In this document: one piece after another, positions 35,807 through 44,614 of the stretch | Layout of the letters: every line of letters begins with the position of its first letter | How positions within the stretch are numbered: position 1 is the stretch's first letter | Assembly (NCBI GenBank): GCA_964035545.1 | Contig: CAXIUT010000205.1 | Coordinates: 1,007 to 65,006 of the forward strand | DNA: 64,000 nt | Direction: 5' to 3' | Source: Bugula neritina | Lineage: Eukaryota; Animalia; Bryozoa | Made by a program: the position numbers and the translations under genes | The notes under the pieces: model-generated | Databases searched by the model: none | The model's input: the letters and a program-made list of their open reading frames with translations, nothing else | What the model was told of the DNA's origin: nothing

Positions 35807-36085
35807 ATGGTATACTCTTTAAAAAAAAGTATTAAATACAGACTTTTGTATAATAATGTAGAGAAGACTAAGTTTTTTAAGAATATTGTATTAAAAAATA
35901 CATTTTTTTTTTTTGATATTTATAAATTTAATAAATTAAAAAATTATATCTCTATTTCTAAAATAAGAAATAGATGTGTCATTAGTAATCGTGCGCGTAG
36001 CACGTTTAAAAAGTTAAGAGTTTCTAGGTTTGTTTTTAAAGAGTATTCCAGTAATGGTCTATTCAATGGTATAAAAAAAAGTTAA
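35807..36085 (+). CDS. rps14: ribosomal protein S14
   Basis: IRNRCVISNRAR...LRVSRFVFKE...G...GIKKS. Confidence 0.95.
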   Translation: MVYSLKKSIKYRLLYNNVEKTKFFKNIVLKNTFFFFDIYKFNKLKNYISISKIRNRCVISNRARSTFKKLRVSRFVFKEYSSNGLFNGIKKS

Positions 36086-36212
36086 TTTGTTTCTATATAA
36101 TCTAAACTATATCTGTGTAACATGATATTAATGTTATCTGAATTGAGTCTAAATATTGGGGTATCACTTTAATAGTTTTAATTCCCTCTAATAGTTTAAA
36201 GATAGTATCTTC

Positions 36213-36325
36213 TTTTATTAAGTTTTATTAAGTTTTATTAAGTTTTACTACGTTTTATAGAACGGCTAGTTTTATTAAGTTTTATTAAGTTTTATTAAGT
36301 TTTACTACGTTTTATAGAACGGCTA
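36213..36325 (+). repeat. 57-nt tandem duplication, itself built from 10-nt ttttattaag units
   Basis: (ttttattaag)3-ttttactacg-ttttatagaacggcta occurs twice in tandem. Confidence 0.88.
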
Positions 36326-36471
36326 CTTTTTGTCTATTACCTAAGCAGATAATTCTCCTCCGTTCTTTTAGGAGGAGGAGGGGATTAAATGTAAAAAATA
36401 CACATTTTAGGTATATATATTTCTACTTATACCTAAAATGGCACAACTAAGTTGTGACGGTTAAAAGAAGT

Positions 36472-36951
36472 ATGATGTCTATAGTAAATAGTTTTGTTTT
36501 AGAGTTTTTAAAAGGGTTGCACACTACCTACACTTATTTATTTCATAGTAAAGTAACGTTAAATTATCCTTTTGAAAAAGGCCCTGTTAGTACTCGTTTT
36601 AGAGGTGAGCATTGTTTAAGACGTTATTCGACTGGTGAAGAGAGATGCATAGCTTGCAAATTATGTGAAGTGGTTTGCCCTGCATTAGCAATAACGATAG
36701 AATCGGAATCTAGGTTTCTAGATAACAGTAGAAGGACGACGAAGTATGATATTGATATGACTAAATGTATATATTGTGGTTTTTGCCAAGAGGCTTGCCC
36801 TGTAGATGCCATCGTAGAAGGACCTAATTTTGAGTACTCTACAGAAACACATGAAGAGCTCTTATATAATAAACATAAGTTGTTATACAATGGCGATAAA
36901 TGAGAATCAGAAATAAATGTGTCCTTGTCTAAAGAGTTATTTTTTAAATAA
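36472..36951 (+). CDS. nad8: NADH dehydrogenase subunit 8
   Basis: [47 protein letters not shown]. Confidence 0.98.
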
Positions 36952-37032
36952 TTCTGATAAATTATTATTATAACTATTAAAAAAGAGTCTGAGAAACTTC
37001 TCTTATTCTAAAGTGTTAACAATTTTCAAGTC

Positions 37033-37305
37033 ATGATGTGAATAAATTTATTTTTTTCATTTAATTTATTTATAATAGGTATATTTGGTGTCCTTTTAGC
37101 TAGAAAGAATTTAATATTAGTAATAATGTCTTTAGAGCTGATGTTATTATCTATAAATCTTAATTTTATTTTTTTTTCTATTTACACAGACACTTTAGCA
37201 GGTCAGCTAGCTTCATTTTTTCTACTTGCAGTAGGAGCTTCAGAATCTGCAGTAGGGTTATCATTTATTGTAATCTATTACAAAGGTTATAGATTTTACT
37301 ATTAA
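37033..37305 (+). CDS. nad4L: NADH dehydrogenase subunit 4L
   Basis: RKNLILVIMSLELMLLSINLNF...GQ...AVGASESAVGL; missed by the ORF track because of an early TGA. Confidence 0.95.
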
Positions 37306-37307
37306 AT

Positions 37308-39410
37308 ATGTATTTACTTCCTATTTATTTTTGTATATCCTCTTTTTTATTTTCTTTTTTTTTCGGGAGATGTATTCTTAAAGAACACTTTTTATTATTA
37401 ATTATAATAAATTGTTATTTATCTTTTTTTATTTCTGTGTATATATTTAATGAAGTTTGCTTCCATCATATAAATACATATATCTTTATCTTTCCTTGAT
37501 TAAAAATAACAACTCTAAATATATATTGATCTTTTTTATTCGATCCTTTATCAGCAACCATGTTAGTGGTGATAACATCAATATCACTTTGTGCCAATCT
37601 ATATTCTATAGAATATATGTTTTATGACCCTCATAAAGTCCGATATTTCACATATTTATCTGTTTTTACATTTTCTATGCTGATGTTAGTAACATCAAAT
37701 AATGTACTTCAACTGTTTTTTGGTTGAGAGTTTGTAGGTATTTCTTCTTATTTATTAATAAACTTTTGATATAGTAGGATACAAGCAAATAAATCCTCTA
37801 TCTTAGCAGTAATGGTAAATAAAATAGGTGATATATTTTTATTATATACCTGTTTCATTTTACAAAAAACGTTTTCTAGTTTAGATTTTAATGTAATCTT
37901 TTTATGTCTGAATTCTTATGATTCTTATATAAATGTGTTCTTTTCTTGTATAGAAAATTCTATTTGTTATGAATTAATGTGGAACAATAACTGTACTACA
38001 TTAAGCTATATAGTCTTCTATAAAAACTTATTAGAAGAAATGTTCTTATATGATATTTCTAATAGTATTTCTTCTACGAATTTCTTATTTTATTCTAATT
38101 TAATATGTATTTTTGTTTTTATAGCCTCTATATGTAAATCAGCACAATTTGGTTTTCATTTTTGACTTGCAGAAGCAATGGAAGGTCCTACACCTGTATC
38201 TTCGTTATTACATGCTGCTACCATGGTGACTGCAGGTATTTTTTTAACTATAAGGATGAGCTTTTTATTTGATTATAGTACATATGTACCTATTTATATA
38301 ATCTTTCTAGGTTCAATAACCACGTTTTTTAGTTCTATCATAGGTGTCACACAAAATGATATAAAAAAAATAGTAGCTTATTCAACTTGTAGTCAACTTG
38401 GTTATATGTATTTAAGTACAGGTATTTTTGCTTATAGCAATAGCATGTTTCATTTATTTAATCATGCTTTTTTTAAAGCACTTTTATTTTTATCTTCAGG
38501 TTATTTGATTCATTCTTTATCGAATGAACAAGATCTCAGAAAGATGGGGGGTTTAATAAAACTCTTACCTTTTGGTTATTTTTCTTTACTAATTGGTTCA
38601 ATGTCTTTAATGGGAATACCTTATTTTTCAGGTTTTTTTTCTAAAGATATGATAATAGAAAATTTTTATAGTACTTTTGTAGTAGATCTAAATAATATAA
38701 ATAAATACCCTATTATTTATTTTTCTCAACTAATAGCACTAATATCTGTTGTTTTTACAATAGTATATAGTTTAAAAATAGTATTTTATGTTTTTCTTAA
38801 TAGTTATAGTGGTTTACGCTATTATATAAACAATATCCACTTCTCTACATATTATATAATATTACCTGTGTTTTTTTTAGCACTATTAAGTATGACTAGT
38901 GGTTATTTAACGAATGATTTGATGATTGGTACTGGTACGACTTTTTGGGGTAATTCAATAAATACTTCTAGTATGGTAGGCCTTTTTAGTAAAAAACATT
39001 ATTATATAATATTATTTTGTGAATTTAAAAAATATACTTACTATTTAATTTTTTTTTTTAGTATTTATTATTTAACTTTATTTATATATTTTTTTTTTTT
39101 TGTTTCTAATTTATTTAAAATAAAATACTTAAATAAGTTATTCGTACATTTAAATAATAAAGTAATTTTTTTTAATAAATTGCTTATTTCTTCTATCTTA
39201 TATTCTATCTATTATATGTCTTATAATGTCTTTTATAAATTAGTAGATAAAAAGATCTTTGATTTCTTTTCTTCATTTAGCATAATATTTTATATAAAAA
39301 ATATAACTCTATTATTAAAAAAAAAAAAATTAAATATTATATATAACCCTATAGGAAGTATAATATTTTCTTTAATATTTTTTTTTATGTTTTTTATAAT
39401 CATTATATAA
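37308..39410 (+). CDS. nad5: NADH dehydrogenase subunit 5
   Basis: G(W)EFVG.SSYLLI.F(W), NKIGD, KSAQFGFHF(W)LAEAMEGPTPVSSLLHAATMV, HAFFKALLFL. Confidence 0.98.
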
Positions 39411-39411
39411 T

Positions 39412-40164
39412 ATGTATTTCTCTCTTTTAGAGAGTAAGTTAAAGAAGTACAATAACAAACCTTCTTTAATGAGAATAAGTTTTTTTTTATTAATTGTAAT
39501 GTGAATTAATTTTTTTTTTTATTCCTTGATCACAATAACTATCTATAAGTTATTGTGTTTTAATGTGGACTACTTTATATTTAATGTATATAAATTAAAT
39601 AAAAATATTAATGTTTTTTATAGTTTAACTGGTTTTTTAGAAACTTGTTTAAGTTACAACTCGGTAGAGAGTTATAGTTATAACAGTTACTCTATAAGCA
39701 ATTGTTTAAAACCATTTAATATTTTTTATATATTAGATGTAGTCGAATTCAAATACTTATATTTAATAGATAAAGAAGATTTAAATATGAATAATAATAT
39801 AATGTTTAATAATCTTATATATTTAAATTTTTATATAAGATCAAGTAACTTCTTATGGGTAGATGTGATATCACTACAAAAAACATTGATTATTAACATA
39901 GGTGAAACCGTTTTATTTTTTTTTAGGATGTTTAACCCTACACATTTCAATTTGAAATTGATTACTATATATATAGTACATCCTAATGAAACCTCTCTGT
40001 ATTTAAATAAAATACAGTGTTTTTGTTATAATTTAATGTTTTTATATCCATTGGAGCTAATCGATTTACCAGTGTTGTTATATATTGATAGCCTTTATAT
40101 ATATTTTTATGATTTGAAGTTGTATAATACATTCTTTGTGTACTATATAACTTTCTTCAATTAA
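39412..40164 (+). CDS. cox11: cytochrome c oxidase assembly protein Cox11
   Basis: IYKLLC, GETVLFFFRMFNPT, YIVHP...YLNKIQCFCY (Cu-binding CFC), E.IDLPVLLYID. Confidence 0.9.
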
Positions 40165-40181
40165 CTTTTTTACTATATGTG

Positions 40182-40253
40182 GTCAGTGTAGCCAAGTGGT
40201 AAGGCATTGGTTTTTGATTCCAAGATACGGAGGTTCGAATCCTCCCACTGGGT
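40182..40253 (+). tRNA. trnQ: tRNA-Gln(UUG)
   Basis: Cloverleaf; anticodon loop tt-ttg-at; G1:G72 mismatch. Confidence 0.92.
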
Positions 40254-40299
40254 CTATGTTAAAACCTATTAAAATATAATTTTACTTGGCCTTTAAAGG

Positions 40300-40371
40300 T
40301 AGCCCATAACTCAATGGTAGAGTATTTGCTTGATAAGCAAAAGGTTAGTGGTTCGATTCCACTTGGGCGTA
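40300..40371 (+). tRNA. trnI: tRNA-Ile(GAU)
   Basis: Cloverleaf; tttgc-tt-gat-aa-gcaaa; acceptor positions 1-2 mismatched. Confidence 0.93.
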
Positions 40372-40654
40372 TCGAACTTCTGGCTTCAAGTAGTACGATA
40401 CCACTTGTCGACCCCCCTTCCGGGTAATCCACATTATAACAAATCTTAAAAGTCTTTAATATAACAAATAAAACGACTTTCTTAATAATAATTCTTTAGT
40501 TGAATGAAAACATTGTTTTTTTCTCTACGGTCTATGAGGAGTAGATAGTAAAGATTCTAAAATACAAAGATATGAGGTATCAAATCCTTTTAAGAATGAT
40601 ATATACTTAGATCTATTCAAGGTTAATGTCTTTAAAGCTCTTAACCGATTAAGT

Positions 40655-42530
40655 ATTGGGTTTGATTCTGGCTCGGAGTGAACGCTTAGCTCATACTTTA
40701 CACATGCTAGTCAAACATATATATTACTGTGTGCTTATTCAAAATGAACACACAATGGTACCAAATAGTTTATTATTATTGATTTTATATATTTATGTGG
40801 CGTATTGGTGAGTACAATGTATAAAAAGTTATCTTTTTGCTAGGAATGTTTATTTTTATTAATTCCTAATAACTTTATTTAATATAAAGAGATAAAGGTT
40901 GATAAATCGCAATGAGGTATTTGTATGTAGTTTTAGGTAGTTGGTCCTATTAAAAGAGTACCAAGCCAATCATGCTTAGCTGCGCTTAGAGGTAGTCCAG
41001 TCACATGGGAAAGGAGGTTATTTCCTACTTTTTTAGAAGAGCTGCAGTGAGGAATCTTGGGCAATGAGTTAGCGCTTGACCCAGTAATGTTCGAAGTGTG
41101 AATAAAGTATGTTGACTGTAAAACACTATAGCACAATAACAAATAATGATCTTGTCGCTACATAGCACCGGCTAATCTCCGTGCCAGCCGCCGCGGTAAT
41201 ACGGAAGGTGCCAGTGTTACTCTTCCTAACTGGGCGTAAAGGGTAGGTAGGCGATAATTTAAGTTTTATATTAAATTCCAATCTAATTGTAATCTATTCT
41301 AAACTATTTTATTTGAGTAGTATAAAAGTTCTTGTTATTTGAAGTTTAGGTCTAATAGTCTTTAGATTTCGTAGTAATTCCAAAGGTTAAGACATAGTTC
41401 TATTTACTACTGACGCTGATTTACTAAAGTATGGGTATCGAACGGGATTAGATACCCCTGTAGTCCATACCGTAAACGATGAATATTAAATGTTTAAAAA
41501 CAATGAATTAAATTAATATTTATTATAATTTATTTTTTTATGTTTTTTTATGTTAAAGCTAACGCGTTAAATATTCCGCCTGATTAGTATGATCGCAAGA
41601 TTCAAAGTTAAAGAAATTGACGGAGGTTATTTTAAAGCAGTGGAGCATGTGGTTTAATTCGATACACCGCGAGGAATCTTACCAATTTTTGTATAGTGTA
41701 TTAAATAATAAGATATAATAAAGAGATCTTTATTATATATATAATATATTATTTTATAAAGTATTATAAGTAGTACTTTAATTATGTTAAAATGGTTGTT
41801 AAACTTTTAAAAATCATATTAAAAAATAATCACTTTCATATATATACAAAAAGGCTCCCCACCTAAAAAGTAGGGAGTAACTACAGGTGTTGCATGGCTG
41901 TCGTAAATTCGTGTTGTGAAATGTTTTCTTTTTCCTATACTATCTTAACGAATAAAACCCTGGTATTTTTTAGTTGTCTTTATGTTCTTTAGATTGCACT
42001 TGGTTAAAAGTGATCTACTATACACATAAAAGTTAAAATTCTAAATATTATTTTATATTTGTAGTATTTAATAAAAATATCATAGTATTATATATTTTTA
42101 TATGAAGCAAATTTAAATATGGGATCACTACAAGTCAATATGGCCTTTATAAATTGGGCTACACATGTGCTACAATGGTAATTACAAAAAGTTGCAAATA
42201 TGTAAGTATGAGCAAATCTATAAAAATTATCTTTTAATTCGGATTGTTCTTTGTAACTCAAGGACATAAAGTAGGAATTGCTAGTAATCGTATATTAGTG
42301 TGGTACGGTGAATATTTTATATAACCTCGTACATACCGCCCGTCACGCTAGAGGTTACCGTATTATTGTTTAAGTTGTTGTACTTTTTTTATTATTTTAT
42401 TTTTTTTATATGTTTAAAGCGTTTAGATCAGATAAAAATATCTTTAGTATTTTACCAATATAGTATTGTTGACTTTAGTGAAGTCGTAACATGGTAGTTG
42501 TAGGGGAACCTGTTGCTGGAAAAATGTCAT
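40655..42530 (+). rRNA. rns: small subunit rRNA (ends approximate)
   Basis: tttgattctggctc, gtgccagccgccgcggtaatac, attagataccc, aattgacgg, gtacataccgcccgtca, aagtcgtaacatggta. Confidence 0.96.
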
Positions 42531-42801
42531 TTACCTAAAATACTTTTTATTCTATTCTAACTTGCGAAATATAAAGTTCTAATTAGTATATCTTTTAAAT
42601 ATCATAAGTAAAGATACTTACATTAATAGTTTAATACTTTTTTAAAAAACTATAATAAGGACCCTAGTCTTAAGTTTTTAGCTCTATTCGCCAGACCGCG
42701 CCATAGAGTTTTTTTAGATAGAAGCGTTATAACTTGACGAAGTTGTAGGAGAGCTGTAATCCTGGGTGTCAGAACCTTTAAATCTGTGTTTTTCCCTATG
42801 G

Positions 42802-42854
42802 AACTACCCCAAGGTAGTTACCTATGGTACCATAGGTAACTACTTGGGGTAGTT
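42802..42854. repeat. 53-nt near-perfect palindrome
   Basis: aactaccccaa-g-gtagttacctatggtaccataggtaactac-ttggggtagtt. Confidence 0.9.
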
Positions 42855-42912
42855 AACGGTAGGGTGAGTCCTAAGACGGAGCGGTCCAACGCCTTCTAGG
42901 TTTTTAGTGGGT

Positions 42913-43009
42913 GTAGCAGTTTAGTTTAGTTTACACTCGGGTGGTTAGGTGGGTACGGGTGTAGGTAGCAGTTTAGTTTAGTTTACACTCGGGTGGTTAG
43001 GTGGGTACG
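42913..43009 (+). repeat. 45-nt G/T-rich direct repeat (2 copies, period 52)
   Basis: gtagcagtttagtttagtttacactcgggtggttaggtgggtacg at 42913 and 42965. Confidence 0.9.
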
Positions 43010-43048
43010 AAATTAAGCAGTCTCGGGTGGTAACCCCGTTAGTATTAG

Positions 43049-43120
43049 TGCGGTATAGTTTAATTGGTAGAGCGTCAGGCTCATAATCTGAAAGTATGAG
43101 TTCGATTCTCATTGCCGCTA
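43049..43120 (+). tRNA. trnM: tRNA-Met(CAU), probable initiator
   Basis: Cloverleaf; tcagg-ct-cat-aa-tctga; 1:72 mismatch. Confidence 0.92.
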
Positions 43121-43150
43121 AATGTAAAATTTAATAGCGTACTTACTTGT

Positions 43151-43222
43151 ACGCGAGTAGCTCAATGGTAGAGCATATGGCTGTTAACCATAATGTTATG
43201 GGTTCGAATCCCATCTTGCGTT
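43151..43222 (+). tRNA. trnN: tRNA-Asn(GUU)
   Basis: Cloverleaf; tatgg-ct-gtt-aa-ccata; acceptor fully paired. Confidence 0.95.
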
Positions 43223-43245
43223 GGGTATCTTTACTATATATAAAG

Positions 43246-43317
43246 TGGAGTGTAGCTCAGTGGCAGAGTATCGGTTTGTGGTACCGAATGTCGTGGGTTC
43301 GAGTCCCATCACTCACC
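43246..43317 (+). tRNA. trnH: tRNA-His(GUG)
   Basis: tcggt-tt-gtg-gt-accga; C discriminator; positions 1-2 mismatched. Confidence 0.93.
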
Positions 43318-43325
43318 TAGTACTA

Positions 43326-43397
43326 GGTGAGATAGCTTAATGGTAAAGCCTCAAATTGCTAATTTGAAAGATATGGGTTCGAACCCTATTCTCACCA
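43326..43397 (+). tRNA. trnS: tRNA-Ser(GCU), short variable loop
   Basis: tcaaa-tt-gct-aa-tttga; variable region only aagat. Confidence 0.88.
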
Positions 43398-43440
43398 ACT
43401 AACAAAAAGCTATATAGTTTTCAAGTCCAAATATGCCGCT

Positions 43441-43513
43441 TAACGCTTGGTGGAACGGTAGACACAGCAGACTTAAAATTTGTACATTGCAGGTTCGACT
43501 CCTGCAGCGGGTA
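43441..43513 (+). tRNA. trnL: tRNA-Leu(UAA), short variable loop
   Basis: gcaga-ct-taa-aa-tttgt; positions 1-3 mismatched. Confidence 0.9.
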
Positions 43514-43529
43514 TACCCCGGGGTATACA

Positions 43530-43600
43530 TACCGTATAGCTTAGTGGTAAAGCAAAAGACTGAAAATCTTTGGACAGTGGTTCGATTCCATTTATGGGCA
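43530..43600 (+). tRNA. trnF: tRNA-Phe(GAA)
   Basis: aaaga-ct-gaa-aa-tcttt; positions 1-2 mismatched. Confidence 0.93.
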
Positions 43601-43653
43601 TTAGATTAGCGTTTTTTGATTGTTACCCATAGCTCAATAGCGTTTTTTGATTG

Positions 43654-43726
43654 TTACCCATAGCTCAATTGGTAGAGTAGTCGGCTTTTAACCGATATGT
43701 TGCAGGTTCGAGTCCTGTTGGGTGTA
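43654..43726 (+). tRNA. trnK: tRNA-Lys(UUU)
   Basis: gtcgg-ct-ttt-aa-ccgat; its 5' end is duplicated in tandem just upstream. Confidence 0.93.
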
Positions 43727-43756
43727 ATGTTTTTTGCAAATTGGAGATGGTCTAAA

Positions 43757-43829
43757 TTGGAGATGGTCTAATTTGGTATGACAATTGCTTTGGAAGCAAT
43801 TAATGTGAGTTCGAGTCTCGCTCTCCAGA
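43757..43829 (+). tRNA. trnP: tRNA-Pro(UGG)
   Basis: attgc-tt-tgg-aa-gcaat; its 5' end is duplicated in tandem just upstream. Confidence 0.93.
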
Positions 43830-43843
43830 GCGTTTTTTTTAAA

Positions 43844-43917
43844 ACGTGAGTGCCAGAGTGGTCTAATGGGACAGTTTTGAAAACTGTATGCCGTGAGTTC
43901 GAATCTCACCTCATCCC
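43844..43917 (+). tRNA. trnS: tRNA-Ser(UGA), short variable loop
   Basis: acagt-tt-tga-aa-actgt; variable region atgcc; positions 1-2 mismatched. Confidence 0.88.
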
Positions 43918-43967
43918 AAACAAGTGAGTTTGGGTATACCTAACATATTACGTGTGTTTTTTTTATG

Positions 43968-44038
43968 GCCCCTTTCGTCTAGTGGTAGGACATCACTTTT
44001 TCAATGTGAAGGCATGAGTTCGATTCTCATAAGGGGTA
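43968..44038 (+). tRNA. trnE: tRNA-Glu(UUC)
   Basis: Acceptor gcccctt/aaggggt; anticodon loop tt-ttc-aa. Confidence 0.94.
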
Positions 44039-44086
44039 TTTCGTAGGTAGTGTAATGGCATGATTATATTCTCATAAGGTACACTT

Positions 44087-44158
44087 GCACCCGTAGTTCA
44101 GTGGTAGAACGTTTCCCTCATAAGGAAGGTGTCGCGGGTTCGAATCCTGTCGGGTGTA
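44087..44158 (+). tRNA. trnM: tRNA-Met(CAU), probable elongator (lysidine-Ile not excluded)
   Basis: tttcc-ct-cat-aa-ggaag; acceptor fully paired. Confidence 0.9.
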
Positions 44159-44159
44159 C

Positions 44160-44242
44160 TCAGAGATGCCAGAGTGGTCTATTGGGGTGGACTGTAAATC
44201 CACTAGTGTATGCTATCATAGGTTCGAATCCTATTCTCGCTA
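44160..44242 (+). tRNA. trnY: tRNA-Tyr(GUA)
   Basis: gtgga-ct-gta-aa-tccac; long variable arm; positions 1-3 mismatched. Confidence 0.93.
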
Positions 44243-44274
44243 TTTTTTAAAAAGTTTTCTTCAAAAACCCCGCT

Positions 44275-44347
44275 TGCTTCGTAGCTCAATTGGTAGAGCA
44301 ATAGTCTTCAAAATTATAGGTTATAGGTTCGAGTCCTATTGAATGTG
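44275..44347 (+). tRNA. trnW: tRNA-Trp(UCA)
   Basis: atagt-ct-tca-aa-attat; positions 1-3 mismatched; supports TGA=Trp. Confidence 0.93.
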
Positions 44348-44614
44348 TTTATCCTCTTATATAAACACCCAATGCAAGTGAGTGAAGTAAAACCACGTCT
44401 GAACTTCGTACTCTTCTACTTATTTCTTAAATGGTTTCTTAGAGGACTTACTTTTTTAGATATAACTCTGATTAAAAAAAGTAACATAGCATATAACGGT
44501 CTTATAACTACAAATAATGAGATAAGACGCAATTAAAAAAAAGATACCAGGCTTGTCTTAGTATCTTTTTTCTAGTACTAAGATACTTCAGTGTATATCA
44601 ATTCAGTTTTTGTT

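Noticed and set aside
36213-36325. Repeat arrays here and at 42913 considered as CRISPR-like
   Set aside because: Only two adjacent copies, no unique spacers of regular length, no cas genes, and an organellar context.
44350-44530. Possible 5S rRNA or RNase P RNA in the spacer before rnl (also 40372-40440)
   Set aside because: No convincing conserved motifs by eye; needs a covariance-model search.
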